The notes: generated by a model from the letters alone, not told the origin. DNA of 64,000 nt from an uncultured Pseudomonadales bacterium (GCA_964620965.1 CAZUHV010000001.1:445171-509170), one strand, 5' to 3'; counted from the stretch's first letter, positions 29,674 through 40,461 are shown. Numbers and translations: made by a program.

Positions 29674-29943
29674 TTATTTACTTAGACCTAAACGATCAAT
29701 AAGTTTTCTGTATCTCTCTTCACTTCTTGAGAGTAAGAAGTTAAGCAATCTTCTTCTTTTTGCAACTTGTTTAAGAAGACCTCTTCTTGAGTGGTCATCT
29801 TTTTTGTGGCTTCCAAGATGCTTTGTTAGCTCTTGAACAGATGCTGTTAATAAAGCAATCTGAACTTCTGGAGAACCAGTATCACCTTCGAACAAGGCAA
29901 AATCCACAATAATTTGTTGTTTTTGAGCTTTTGATAAAGCCAT
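29674..29943 (-). CDS. rpsO: 30S ribosomal protein S15
   Basis: 89 aa with the typical S15 blocks [12 protein letters not shown]...[16 protein letters not shown]. Confidence 0.9.
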   Translation of the reverse strand: MALSKAQKQQIIVDFALFEGDTGSPEVQIALLTASVQELTKHLGSHKKDDHSRRGLLKQVAKRRRLLNFLLSRSEERYRKLIDRLGLSK

Positions 29944-30135
29944 GGTATCCTTTCGCTCTTTTTGAGCACCCTTACTGTAAAAGTCTGATTGTGCTCTGCT
30001 GATTCAGCAATAGTGAGCGATTCTCAAAACCTTAGAAGTAAAGTAACCAATTTATACTTTTATTTATGCCCCTTGCGGGTACTATATAGTAGTATATCAC
30101 AATTTTGCGATATAGCTATCCGAAGATCAATTAAA

Positions 30136-31605
30136 CTACTCTTCGTCTTCTACTTTATATGCGATTAAAATGTCTCCAACTCTAAAATCAAGTTTTTTGT
30201 TTCTAAATGTCATTCCAAACTCATTTTTTGCTTTAACAGAATCGATTTCTTCTTTTCCATGCATCATACGTTTTGGAGTTGGGTTTACAACTATTTCGTC
30301 GTTTCGTTTTAAATGATACTTATCATTTTTCTTAAGTTCACCAGTTTTAACTTTACATCCTGCAATTCTCTCGCCATTCATTTCAAAAATTTGTAGAATC
30401 TCTGCTTCGCCTAAGACGACTTCATCAATTGTTGAATCAAGCAGCTTAAGCATTTGTTTTTGCAAATCTTCGATAAGTTTATAGATAATGTCGTAGGATT
30501 TAATTCTCACACCTGAATCTTTTGCCAAACGCTTAATTCTACTAGGAACTTTTGTATGGAAAGAAATAATGAGTGCACCACTAGTAGCAGCCATATCAAC
30601 ATCTTGCTCAGTAATCTCACCGACTCCAGATGAAATTAAGTTTGTGCTGTCTTCATCTATCACTTGCAAAATTGCCTCGAGTGTACCCTCTACATCAGCT
30701 TTAATAATTAAGTTTATTTTCTCTTTCTCTTCATTCTCAATCAATTGTGAAAAATCAATGTCTCCCCAAGGATTTGCAGCAGTTTCCTCTTGAGCTTCTT
30801 CCTCAACCTCAGGGTATTCAGCAGACATGTCTTTTACAGTAGAACCTACTGCAGGAACATCTTTAAAGCCAATAATTTCTGCAGCAAAACCAGGTTTTAC
30901 TACTGAAAGTTGCTCTCCTGTTGCAGAAGTTAATAACTTCACACGACCCTCAGCATCATCTGCATAGATGTCTTGTCTGTTTGTGAGTGTGCCTTTTTTA
31001 ACTATAACCGTTGCAACAACACCGCGCTTACTTTCCTTTGATGATTCAATAACAATTGCTTCTAATGGTGCTTCTGAATCTGCCTTGAGTTCTAATAGCT
31101 CTGCCATCACTGCAATAGTTTCCAAAAGTTTATCAACTCCTTTACCAGTCTTTGCAGAAATTTCTATAGCTTCAATATCACCACCATAATCTGTAACCAC
31201 CAAGCCGTGTTCCGCTAAACCAGACTTTGCAATATCAAGATTTACATCTGGAAGATCAGTTTTATTTATTGCAACAACCACTGGAACATTTGCATTCTTG
31301 ATGTGGCGAATAGACTCGATAGTTTGAGGTTTTACACCATCATTTGCAGCAACAACTAAAATCACAATATCTGTGATTCTAGAGCCACGCTCACGCATTT
31401 TATTAAATGCCGCGTGACCAGGAGTATCAATAAAAGTAATATCACTCCCGTTATGATTGATGCTATAGGCACCAATATGTTGGGTAATACCACCAGCTTC
31501 ACGAGCAGTGACATTTGTTTTTCTGATGTAATCTAGTAAAGTAGTTTTACCATGGTCAACATGGCCCATGATTGTAATAATTGGTGGTCGAGATTGTAGT
31601 GCCAT
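30136..31605 (-). CDS. infB: Translation initiation factor IF-2, short form starting at the G domain
   Basis: 489 aa. IMGHVDHGKTTLLD occurs at residue approx 12. The DTPGH and NKTD motifs and the C-terminal beta-barrels are present. Confidence 0.9.
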   Translation of the reverse strand: MALQSRPPIITIMGHVDHGKTTLLDYIRKTNVTAREAGGITQHIGAYSINHNGSDITFIDTPGHAAFNKMRERGSRITDIVILVVAANDGVKPQTIESIRHIKNANVPVVVAINKTDLPDVNLDIAKSGLAEHGLVVTDYGGDIEAIEISAKTGKGVDKLLETIAVMAELLELKADSEAPLEAIVIESSKESKRGVVATVIVKKGTLTNRQDIYADDAEGRVKLLTSATGEQLSVVKPGFAAEIIGFKDVPAVGSTVKDMSAEYPEVEEEAQEETAANPWGDIDFSQLIENEEKEKINLIIKADVEGTLEAILQVIDEDSTNLISSGVGEITEQDVDMAATSGALIISFHTKVPSRIKRLAKDSGVRIKSYDIIYKLIEDLQKQMLKLLDSTIDEVVLGEAEILQIFEMNGERIAGCKVKTGELKKNDKYHLKRNDEIVVNPTPKRMMHGKEEIDSVKAKNEFGMTFRNKKLDFRVGDILIAYKVEDEE

Positions 31606-31685
31606 ATATTTCCTTTTCTGTTTTTGTTTTTTGCTTTACTAGGTTACGATTTCTTTGCAACCAATATTGCTTTTGTACTTGAGTA

Positions 31686-32957
31686 TTAATCTTTGAGTAA
31701 GTTGAAAGAAGAGTCCTTTTCACTCATTTCTTTTTCGAATGCTTCGACTTTTTCATTTAAGATTTTTTCTTGATCTTCTCCGAGTTCTGCTTCTAACCAT
31801 TTGTTTTTGAATCTGCTTAAGTCGGCAACTGTTGTTAATTTATTTTCAACTAAGAAATCTCTGGTGTCTTCTAACAAACCTTTAAAGGTGTCAATCTCAT
31901 ACTCTTCTTCACCAGTGACTTTAGATTTAACTTCACCAGAAGCTGATTTAATTGTGATTTTGTATCCAGTTAACTTTGCAGCTAAACGAACATTTTGACC
32001 ACCTCTGCCAATTGCTAATGAGAGTTGATCATCAGGAGCTGTAACTTCTGCCAATTGTTCATCTTTGTTGATAACAATCTTTAATCCCTCTGCAGGAGCA
32101 AGTGCCCCTTGTAATAAAAGCTTTGGATCTTCTGAGAAAGGAATAATATCGAGTTTTTCGTTATTAAGTTCTCTGATAACTTCTTGAACACGAACACCTC
32201 TTTGACCAACACAAGAACCAACTGGATCAACACCATCTTGTGTTGAACGAACTGCTAATTTAGTTCTTACACCTGCTTCACGAGAGATTAGTGCAATCTC
32301 GACTGTACCAGCAGCAATTTCTGGAACTTCTCTTTCGAAAAGTTTAGAAACTAAATCCTTATCTGCTCTAGAAACAATAATTCTTTTTCCTTTGTGAGAA
32401 TCTCTAATCTCTTTGATCAAAACAGTAATGCGATTGTTCATTCTATAGAACTCACCACGCATCTGTTCTTCTGGAGGCATGTATCCTTGACCTCTACCGA
32501 TATCTAAAATAACAGCTCTGCCGTCCATTCTTAAGATTTGAGCAGTAACAATTTCGCCAACTCTTGATTGGAAGTCAGCTATAACTTTATCTTTTTCAGA
32601 TTCTCTGATTTTTTGAAGGATAACTTGTTTTGCGGTTTGTGCAGCAATACGACCAAAACCAGCTGGAGTTACATCTGCGGCTTTTGTTTCGTCCCATTTT
32701 GTGATTTCACCAGTTTCTTCATCTTTTTCTAAAATTGGGCATTTAAAAATTGTTGATTCACCACTATTTTCGTCTAATTCAACAAAATAGTAAGATTCTT
32801 CTTCAAGATGACCAAACTGTTTTCTGTATGCGGAAACTAGAGCTTGTTTAATTGCTCCATAAATAGAGTCTGGATCGATTTGTCTTTCGTTTGCAATTTG
32901 GTTAATTGCAGCTGCGAATTCTGTACGAACTACACTTGAGCTTGATTGAGCTGACAT
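31686..32957 (-). CDS. nusA: Transcription termination/antitermination factor NusA with acidic C-terminal extension
   Basis: S1 and two KH domains are recognisable (GRGGQNVRLAAKLTGYKI). It lies directly upstream of infB. Confidence 0.9.
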   Translation of the reverse strand: MSAQSSSSVVRTEFAAAINQIANERQIDPDSIYGAIKQALVSAYRKQFGHLEEESYYFVELDENSGESTIFKCPILEKDEETGEITKWDETKAADVTPAGFGRIAAQTAKQVILQKIRESEKDKVIADFQSRVGEIVTAQILRMDGRAVILDIGRGQGYMPPEEQMRGEFYRMNNRITVLIKEIRDSHKGKRIIVSRADKDLVSKLFEREVPEIAAGTVEIALISREAGVRTKLAVRSTQDGVDPVGSCVGQRGVRVQEVIRELNNEKLDIIPFSEDPKLLLQGALAPAEGLKIVINKDEQLAEVTAPDDQLSLAIGRGGQNVRLAAKLTGYKITIKSASGEVKSKVTGEEEYEIDTFKGLLEDTRDFLVENKLTTVADLSRFKNKWLEAELGEDQEKILNEKVEAFEKEMSEKDSSFNLLKD

Positions 32958-33246
32958 ATGTTTTTCCCTTTTATATTACTTTTTTTCTTATGCTATGCAT
33001 TTTTATACTATTTTTTGAACGTTTGAAGTCTTTCCTTTGTTGCCTAAAGCTTTTATACTTTTTGCATCTTAGTAAAAAAAAGAACCCTTTTTACTTGAGT
33101 CCTTCCCTTTCAAACAATCTGGGTATTATTATACCAAGAAATCACAAAGTTTCAATCATGAATTGAGCAACTTGAGCAAAAAAACAACTATCTGCCCAAT
33201 AAAGACAAAACTTGGATACTGTAAACTTGTAAAGAAATACCAAGTT

Positions 33247-34503
33247 TTAGAAATTGTACCCAGCCTCTGTACCTCTATGAAGTTTAGGATATGCATCTTT
33301 GTACATAGCTCCGGCTTCTGCTTTGGTTATAGATCTATCTGGGTGCCTTAAAACAACACGCACTAAAACATTTTCTAAATCTGGGTGTGATCCAAGTCTT
33401 TCAGCAGCTTTCTCATGTAAATCTTCATGAGAGGTTCTACTGACAATCACAATTTCTTCAATTAAAGGAGCATTTTCTCCGAAAGCAACTCTAATATTTT
33501 CACTAATATCTTCTTCTGTTAAGCCAAGAGGCTGACAATATGATAAGTCTCTCTTATTTGCAGGTTGATTAGAAACTTCTTTATAAGGTTTCATGTCACT
33601 CATCTGCTCTATAACTTTTGGATTTGTAGAACGAATTAATCTAATATCAGGAAGCTGCTTTCTAGCCATAATTAACCGTTCAATACCCATACCAAGTGCT
33701 AAACCAGAATATTGCTCAGGGTCAATTCCTGCGTTTCTTAAAACTTCAGGATGTGCTAAACCAGCCTCAAAAACTTCAATTTCTTGATCACCAATCACTG
33801 CATATACTTCTATGCCATCAACAGTATATGGGTGATTTGCTTCAAGAACTTTCATTTCAGCTCCTGGACAAGCAGCTTCAAAAATTGTTCTTGCTAACTT
33901 CAATAAATCTTCTCTATTGGTTGGCTGTCTTCCATCATTTTTTTGTACGGTCCAGATATCAATTTGATGAAATACATCTAAGTGTCTTGGGTCAATAACG
34001 TCACGTCTATATACTAAACCTGGAAGAACCAAAGTAATATCATTCGGAACTCCTACCTGGCTTAATTGTGCTAAAGTTCTTGGAATTAAAGCAGAAGTAT
34101 GAGTTCTTAAAATATTATTTTTATCAACATATCTTGTATAGGTAGCTGATCTACCAGGATTACCTCCAGGAAATAATAATGCGTCAAAGTTTTCTGTTGC
34201 CGGAACAACTGGATTGTCGCGAATAACAGTAATATTAGAGAAACCTGCTTGATTTAATTGTGCTAAAACATTGTCAAACACAATACCAATTATGTTTCTT
34301 CTGCTGCCTTCTGGAGTAGGAAGAGTTAAATCTTCAACAGATAATAACTGGGCTAAAACTTCTGGGTCTGTGAGTTCAAACTTAAGTTTCATTGGAAGAT
34401 CAGGATGAGCTTCTTTAATTAAGATTTGAGCTCTTGTAAGCGCATCTAAGTCTGTCAAATTTACTGGACCTAATTGTTCATGTAATGCATGAGTTTGAAT
34501 CAT
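33247..34503 (-). CDS. pheS: Phenylalanyl-tRNA synthetase alpha-type catalytic core with C-terminal FDX-ACB-like anticodon-binding domain (mitochondrial-type single-chain architecture)
   Basis: The PheS blocks ENFDALLFP, ILRTHTS, PGLVYRRD..HLDVFHQID, AGLAHPEVL and GLALGMGIERL..LPDIR are present. An extra approx 115 aa C-terminal domain starts KRDLSYCQP and ends VRVVLRHPDRSITKAEA (FDX-ACB pattern). The N-terminal extension is short. Confidence 0.7.
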   Translation of the reverse strand: MIQTHALHEQLGPVNLTDLDALTRAQILIKEAHPDLPMKLKFELTDPEVLAQLLSVEDLTLPTPEGSRRNIIGIVFDNVLAQLNQAGFSNITVIRDNPVVPATENFDALLFPGGNPGRSATYTRYVDKNNILRTHTSALIPRTLAQLSQVGVPNDITLVLPGLVYRRDVIDPRHLDVFHQIDIWTVQKNDGRQPTNREDLLKLARTIFEAACPGAEMKVLEANHPYTVDGIEVYAVIGDQEIEVFEAGLAHPEVLRNAGIDPEQYSGLALGMGIERLIMARKQLPDIRLIRSTNPKVIEQMSDMKPYKEVSNQPANKRDLSYCQPLGLTEEDISENIRVAFGENAPLIEEIVIVSRTSHEDLHEKAAERLGSHPDLENVLVRVVLRHPDRSITKAEAGAMYKDAYPKLHRGTEAGYNF

Positions 34504-34583
34504 ATATTTTTGATTATAATTTAATTATATGGGATAGTCAATAGTTAAAATATATAAGATATTTTCAGATTAGGATTAAAAAT

Positions 34584-35717
34584 CTAGTTTGAAAAAAACT
34601 CTTTCAAAACAGTAACGACTTCATCAATATTCTCTTTAGTTAACTTTGAATAAAATGGCATAGTAACACAACTTGCACCCCACTGTTCTGCAACAGGAAG
34701 TTTTTCGAAGGTTCTATTTGGAGCAATTTGATCTTTATATAAAGTTAATTGATGAGTTGCAGGGTAATGCACACCAAATCCTATTTGTTTTTCTTGTAAG
34801 AACTCAAGAAGCGCCGTTCTTCTTTCTTTTGGCACAAGAATAACGACTAAATGAAATGCAGAATCACAATTTTCTGGGACACTTGGTGTTTTTATTTCTG
34901 GAATTTCACTCAAACGCTTGATGAAGTAGTTATACAAATTTGTTCTTAGCTCATGAACTTCACTAATTCTTTGAAGTTGTCCAATTAATAAGGAGGCCTG
35001 CATATTAGTCATATTTGCTTTTGTCGCAATCATTGCAGAATCATACACAAAAAAACCAGTCGTAGATTTAGCTAAAACACCTTTATTTGTACCAGCCCGT
35101 ACTGCTTTTCGAGCGTATTCGTCTAGACCTGGATCGTTTGTAGCAATTGCTCCACCCTCACCACAAGCAATATTTTTTGTTGCATAGAAACTAAAACAGG
35201 CAGCGTCTGAAAGATTTGCAGGTCGAATTCCGTCAATACTTGATTCAATTGCGTGAGCTGCATCCTCTAAAATTTTAATATTTTTCCCTGCAACAATTTT
35301 GTTCAGACGTTTCATATCAACCATTGCTCCATATAAATGAACAGGAATAATTACTTTTGTCTTATTTGTAATTGCTTTTTCAACCAAATCCAGATTGATA
35401 AGCCCTGTTTTTGGGTCAGAATCAACAAAAACAGCAGTTGCCCCAACTCTAGAAACTGCTTGAGCAGTAGCTACATATGTCATAGAAGGCAAGATAACTT
35501 CGTCACCAGCTGTAATTCCCCAATAACGGAGTACAACTTCTCCAGAAGCCGTCCAGCTTGATGTCCCAACTGCATGTTTTACTCCCAAATGTTTTGCAAA
35601 ATTCTGCTCGAACTCTGTTACAACAGAACCAGTTGTTAAAAAACCACTATCGATAACATCTAGTAGTCTTTTTTTATCATCTTCATTAATATTGTGAATA
35701 TAAAATGGAACACTCAT
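34584..35717 (-). CDS. DegT/DnrJ/EryC1/StrS-family PLP-dependent sugar aminotransferase
   Basis: The block FSFYATKNI carries the PLP Lys. The start was set at the ATG preceded by GGAGGAG, 4 nt after the epimerase stop. Confidence 0.85.
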   Translation of the reverse strand: MSVPFYIHNINEDDKKRLLDVIDSGFLTTGSVVTEFEQNFAKHLGVKHAVGTSSWTASGEVVLRYWGITAGDEVILPSMTYVATAQAVSRVGATAVFVDSDPKTGLINLDLVEKAITNKTKVIIPVHLYGAMVDMKRLNKIVAGKNIKILEDAAHAIESSIDGIRPANLSDAACFSFYATKNIACGEGGAIATNDPGLDEYARKAVRAGTNKGVLAKSTTGFFVYDSAMIATKANMTNMQASLLIGQLQRISEVHELRTNLYNYFIKRLSEIPEIKTPSVPENCDSAFHLVVILVPKERRTALLEFLQEKQIGFGVHYPATHQLTLYKDQIAPNRTFEKLPVAEQWGASCVTMPFYSKLTKENIDEVVTVLKEFFSN

Positions 35718-35721
35718 TATT

Positions 35722-36630
35722 TTATTCTCCTCCATTAAAACGTTTTCTAAGTCTGGTAATACCATCAGAAACGCAAATACTAAAATTATTTTTCAGTTCA
35801 CAGTCCTTTGTAGCAAACGCTTTATAGCTCATACAACTATACTTTTGTGGCAAAGTGACAACTGTTGCTTTTAGCAAGTCCGAAACCATCTCTAGAACAC
35901 TTTTAACAGTTGCCTCTTCTTTATAAATTGCATTTACTTTAAATGGTTTAGGAGATTCTTCATATATTAGTCCAATAATGTGATCGCAAACGTCTTTGAT
36001 ATGAATGAGTGGTCTAATTTGTAAACCCTCTCCATGACAAGTAAGAGGGGTACTATTTACTGCATTTAAAACTGCTGCATTGATCAGTAAATCTGACCTA
36101 AATTTTTTGCTAAATCCAAATAGTGAGGCTGAACGAATAACTGTAATAGCAGTAGTTGATTCTTGAAACTGTCGTAAATATCTTTCTGCTAGAATCTTAG
36201 ATTTTGAGTATAGAGTTATTGGCTTTGGGTCATCTAAATTAAGCTCCGATTCATTCATGTATTCATAAATGCCTAGCGTAGACATAAAAATAAAGTGTTT
36301 TATGTTTGCCTTCACAGCTTCTCGATAGACATGATTCACTCCAAGTGTATTAATCCTGAGTGTTTCATCTTTGTTTATATCACAACCACTCACACTTGCA
36401 ATCGCTGCTAAATGTACCACAACATCAAAACCTTCTAAGTCTGACTCTGAAATTTTAGAAATATCTTGCTTTAAAATCTCACAATGGGGAAACCTTTTTA
36501 CAAATTCTTTTTTGGAGACAGTTGAGAAACGACTAATAACTTTAATTTGGGCGTCATAGTTTTGATCACTCAATTCTTGAATCAAGCGTGATCCTAAATA
36601 ACCTGAACCACCAGTTATTATGACTTTCAT
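35722..36630 (-). CDS. NAD-dependent sugar epimerase/dehydratase (extended SDR)
   Basis: 302 aa with TGGSGYLG at the N-terminus and a YxxxK-type catalytic region. Confidence 0.8.
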   Translation of the reverse strand: MKVIITGGSGYLGSRLIQELSDQNYDAQIKVISRFSTVSKKEFVKRFPHCEILKQDISKISESDLEGFDVVVHLAAIASVSGCDINKDETLRINTLGVNHVYREAVKANIKHFIFMSTLGIYEYMNESELNLDDPKPITLYSKSKILAERYLRQFQESTTAITVIRSASLFGFSKKFRSDLLINAAVLNAVNSTPLTCHGEGLQIRPLIHIKDVCDHIIGLIYEESPKPFKVNAIYKEEATVKSVLEMVSDLLKATVVTLPQKYSCMSYKAFATKDCELKNNFSICVSDGITRLRKRFNGGE

Positions 36631-36653
36631 TGGGCAATTATAAGACTACATAC

Positions 36654-36682
36654 TTGATATGTAAATAGGAAAACTATATAAT
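36654..36682 (+). promoter_or_regulatory. Sigma70-type promoter TTGATA-N17-TATAAT for the plus-strand sugar genes
   Basis: Hexamers read directly, 30 nt upstream of the 36714 ATG. Confidence 0.5.
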
Positions 36683-36713
36683 ACCAAAAATATTTGTTAG
36701 GAAAAGTAGTCAT

Positions 36714-37424
36714 ATGAAAAAATCCTATTCAGGAATGCAATCACCATTTATACCTTGGCTTGGTCTGCTCCAACAAGTCATTGAATCTGATGTTTTTTTT
36801 ATTGGCGACAACTTCTTATTCTCTAGAGACTCATGGGTCTATAGAAATAGAATTAAGGATAAAAATAATAACCAACCTTTATGGCTCAGTATTCCTATCA
36901 AAAAAAATCATGATAAAAGACCTCTCATTTCCGAATTAGAAATAGATAACTCCCAAGCATGGTACAAAAAACACTTAGGTTCTATAACTGCAAACTATGC
37001 AAAAGCTCCATTCTATAAAGAATATTTTCCTCGAATACAAGAAATTTATCTTAAAAAACATAGTAACTTGCTCGAATTTAATATGGACTTTCTATATCTT
37101 ATGCTTGATTTACTTGAAATCGAGAGAAATAAAATTCAGTTCAGATCAAGTTTAGGCGAATTACCTGAAGAAAAAAATGCTGCCATTATAGAAATGGGGA
37201 AAAAATGTGGTGCAAATCTATATTTAAGCGCTGCCGCTGGTGAGGGTTATGTTAACGTTGGCCTATATAACCAAAGCGGTATTGCTGTTGAGTTCCAAAA
37301 ATTTGAACATCCTGTCTATGAGCAACAAGGAATAGAATTCATAAGCCACCTATCTGCCTTAGATGCTTTATTAAATATTGGGGCAAAAGAAACAAAAAAA
37401 TTATTAGTGGAGTCCCTCTCATGA
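36714..37424 (+). CDS. WbqC-like family protein (glycan biosynthesis associated)
   Basis: 236 aa. The N-terminal QSPFIPWLGLLQQV..SDVFFIGDNFLFSRDSWVYRNRI and the C-terminal FISHLSALDALLNIG match the WbqC-like pattern. Confidence 0.6.
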   Translation: MKKSYSGMQSPFIPWLGLLQQVIESDVFFIGDNFLFSRDSWVYRNRIKDKNNNQPLWLSIPIKKNHDKRPLISELEIDNSQAWYKKHLGSITANYAKAPFYKEYFPRIQEIYLKKHSNLLEFNMDFLYLMLDLLEIERNKIQFRSSLGELPEEKNAAIIEMGKKCGANLYLSAAAGEGYVNVGLYNQSGIAVEFQKFEHPVYEQQGIEFISHLSALDALLNIGAKETKKLLVESLS

Positions 37425-38491
37425 AAAAAGAAATACATCCTTGGAGTTATGTTTTACAAAAAAATGGGAATAGAATCTTCCACGTTACTGACACCGGGTT
37501 AAACCCAATTCCAGAACAACCAGAAATTGCTGTAGCAACTTTTGAATATACAAGACCAAATAGTGCTGAAAGATACTCGAAAAATGGTATTAAAAAACCT
37601 TGGGACCTTGCTGGAGCTGAAAATATTAGAACTGCTAGTAAAACTTTCGACCACAGACAACTTCCGACAGTAAATTTTGAAGAAGAATCTGTAATTATTA
37701 GACCTACAGAATTTTTGAGTATGTTACTTAATAAAGAAATTACTGGAAACCACCCTATTCCAGTGACTGCTCTGGAATATTTTGTCTCTGCCCTAAATTA
37801 TTCTGATGCGCAAATTGCAAATATTGGGATTGAAGGGTCACTATGTATTGGACAAGCAAATTCAGAATCTGATCTAGACTTGCTTATTTATGGATACCAA
37901 AATTATCTTGATATTATTAGTCGCTTACAAGAACTTTTTAAGACTAATTCTAACATTATACCTTTAGCAAATTTTGATTATGGCAGAAATGAATTGATTC
38001 AAAGAAGAAAAGACCATTCTCCGTTCAATATTGCAGAACTCTTATATGTGACTGAAAGACGACCATATTTTTATATTAAACAAGTTCTTGCAGATGGTGT
38101 AGTTGTATATACAAAAGTTTCTCTTTTTGGTGTTGTGAACAAAGAAGATGGAAACTATCGAACTGAACTAGATGTATATCTCAATCCAGTCGAGGTTACT
38201 AGACTTGGAGTTGTAACTATTAGCGGACAAGTCACTGATGCAACACTCGGAATTACTATCCCAAGTGTTTGGAAAATTGCAGCACAGCATCAAGGAAAAA
38301 TTGTTGACTATATTGTTGATTATGCTGGAATTTTCCCGGAACACATTCAAACAGGAGAATTTTTCGAAGCAAGAGGAACTTTAGAAGAATACACAGACGC
38401 CAGTGGAAATTCAGGATATAGACTTGTAATCGCATATTGGGATCAGCACGTAAAAAATAACATGTATGTCAAACCAATTCTTAATAAATAG
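37421..38491 (+). CDS. Pol-beta-superfamily nucleotidyltransferase domain protein
   Basis: The block GIEGSLCIGQANSESDLDLLIYG carries the minimal NTase signature GS-x9-DLD. It overlaps WbqC by ATGA. Confidence 0.5.
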   Translation: MKKEIHPWSYVLQKNGNRIFHVTDTGLNPIPEQPEIAVATFEYTRPNSAERYSKNGIKKPWDLAGAENIRTASKTFDHRQLPTVNFEEESVIIRPTEFLSMLLNKEITGNHPIPVTALEYFVSALNYSDAQIANIGIEGSLCIGQANSESDLDLLIYGYQNYLDIISRLQELFKTNSNIIPLANFDYGRNELIQRRKDHSPFNIAELLYVTERRPYFYIKQVLADGVVVYTKVSLFGVVNKEDGNYRTELDVYLNPVEVTRLGVVTISGQVTDATLGITIPSVWKIAAQHQGKIVDYIVDYAGIFPEHIQTGEFFEARGTLEEYTDASGNSGYRLVIAYWDQHVKNNMYVKPILNK

Positions 38492-39488
38492 AATAAAAAA
38501 AGATGTAAATCTTTCGAAAGTTACTCTTTGTGGCTCTGGCTCTAGTGCTTTATTTCATCTGCTCAAAAATCTGAATCTAAAACCTACCGATGAAATCATT
38601 TTATCTAGTTTTAACTGCGAGAAAATTTTAGTGGCAATCAAACTTTTAAAGCTCCCCTACAAATTTGTTGATATTTCCCTTGAGACGCTCTCTCCAACTT
38701 TAGAAAACTATAAAAAAACAGTATCAGGGAAAACCAAAGTCATTATCCATCCACATCTCTGGGGATATGTTTCCACTGATTTTGTTAAAACTGTAAATTG
38801 GTGCAAAAAAAACAACATTATTCTTATTGAAGACATTGCAAGCTCTTATAGCTTAAGTTTTAAAAATAAAAAACTCGGATCGTATGGAGATTACTGCTTT
38901 GGAAGTTTTAACCATACTAAACCTTTAGACTTAGGTACAGGAGGATTTTACTCTTCTTTTTCTGCAAATCAAACAAAAAAGGATTTTACAAGCCCAATAG
39001 CATTTCAAATTATCAATACTACGTTTTACAACAAAACAATCAAATTTTTAAGAAAAGTAAACTCAAAATTACTTTTACAGCTCTTTATTGATAGCGTGTG
39101 TTTTTTCACTTTCTTAGCTAAGGAAACTACTTCATTTTCTAAAGAAAGAATCCTAGATGGAATAAAAAATCTTGAAACAAATAGAAAAAACAGCAAAAAA
39201 ATTGTTCTTAAACTAAAAAATATTCCAGGTCTACTAAAACCTAACAATGATGAACAGTATTCTCCTAGAGTGCTTGTACTAACAAATAAGAAAAATCAAG
39301 TTATAAGAGATAGAGAAAGAATTGGATTGTGGCTTGGGATTGATTTTTCTCATCCGCTATATTGGTTTTCAAAACAAAATCAAAAACTGCCAAATACTAA
39401 AACTGCTGCAAAAAAATCAGTTCAAATTATCACTGATTCAAAAAACACTACTCTTGAAAAAACAGTTGTTTACTTGGAAAATCTATAA
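38466..39488 (+). CDS. Divergent DegT-like PLP-dependent (fold type I) enzyme
   Basis: A Gly-rich CGSGSSALF block is followed by [18 protein letters not shown] and [16 protein letters not shown]. The Lys lies in the expected position. Confidence 0.5.
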   Translation: MSNQFLINRIKKDVNLSKVTLCGSGSSALFHLLKNLNLKPTDEIILSSFNCEKILVAIKLLKLPYKFVDISLETLSPTLENYKKTVSGKTKVIIHPHLWGYVSTDFVKTVNWCKKNNIILIEDIASSYSLSFKNKKLGSYGDYCFGSFNHTKPLDLGTGGFYSSFSANQTKKDFTSPIAFQIINTTFYNKTIKFLRKVNSKLLLQLFIDSVCFFTFLAKETTSFSKERILDGIKNLETNRKNSKKIVLKLKNIPGLLKPNNDEQYSPRVLVLTNKKNQVIRDRERIGLWLGIDFSHPLYWFSKQNQKLPNTKTAAKKSVQIITDSKNTTLEKTVVYLENL

Positions 39489-40349
39489 ACCAGCTTCTTG
39501 AAGTCTTTCAACAGCTTTCTTTTGTTGACGATTTAATTTTTCTGGAAAATCTACAATAAATCGCACATACAAGTCACCTTTACCTCTACCTTGTACGTGC
39601 TGGACACCTTCACCTCGTAAACGAACCATTGTGTGAGATTGTGTTCCGGGTCTTACCTTTAATTTTAGTGTTTCATCAACGGTTTCAACTTCTGCCGTAC
39701 CCCCAAGTAATGCCATAGAAACAGGAATTTTTTCGTCTACAAATAAATCATATCCTTCTCTTTTAAATCTTGGATGCGTTTTTACATTAATAGAAATATC
39801 AAATTCTGTAAATCGAATTCTGGTGCCATCATTTGCGCCTGCGGGAACTTTAATCTTATGTTTTTTTCCCTCAATCTCAACTTCTTTTGTCACCCCATGT
39901 ATTGCTTCAATAAAATCAACTGTTAAAGAATATCTTGGCCTTGCTTGAGCTCGAGAAAATCCTCCACCAAAGAATTGTTCGAAAATATCGAATGGATCAC
40001 CAAAATCTGCATTTTCAAAAGGGTTTGCACCACCACTTGAGCTATATGTATACGTAAATGGGCCTCCACCTTGTCTAAAACCACCAGCAAACGGATTCCC
40101 ACCCATACCCGCAGATTGATCAAATGCTGCATGACCAAATTGATCATAGCTTTGTCGTTTTTTATCATCAGACAAAACTTGATATGCTTCGTTTATTTCT
40201 TTAAACTTTTCTTCTGCTTCCTTTTTGTTGCTTGGATTTTTATCTGGATGCCACTTAAGGGCAGCTTTTCGATATGCAGATTTAATATCTGCTTTCGCTG
40301 CACCTTTTTTGACTCCTAAAATGTCGTAGTAATCTCTTTTTGTTGACAT
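39483..40349 (-). CDS. dnaJ: DnaJ-family co-chaperone lacking the Cys-rich zinc-finger domain (CbpA/class B-like)
   Basis: The J domain is DYYDILGV...HPDKN, followed by a G/F-rich region and a C-terminal beta domain with no Cys. The start was set at MSTKRDYY. The first in-frame ATG is at 40391. Confidence 0.8.
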   Translation of the reverse strand: MSTKRDYYDILGVKKGAAKADIKSAYRKAALKWHPDKNPSNKKEAEEKFKEINEAYQVLSDDKKRQSYDQFGHAAFDQSAGMGGNPFAGGFRQGGGPFTYTYSSSGGANPFENADFGDPFDIFEQFFGGGFSRAQARPRYSLTVDFIEAIHGVTKEVEIEGKKHKIKVPAGANDGTRIRFTEFDISINVKTHPRFKREGYDLFVDEKIPVSMALLGGTAEVETVDETLKLKVRPGTQSHTMVRLRGEGVQHVQGRGKGDLYVRFIVDFPEKLNRQQKKAVERLQEAGL

Positions 40350-40461
40350 AACCTTATCAAGCCCAATATCTGTAACAGAAACTGCTTTCACTAATTTTTG
40401 TAATTATAAATTAGCTATCGCAATGTTTCATTATACAAACATTGGGCTTTTCTAAAACGAC

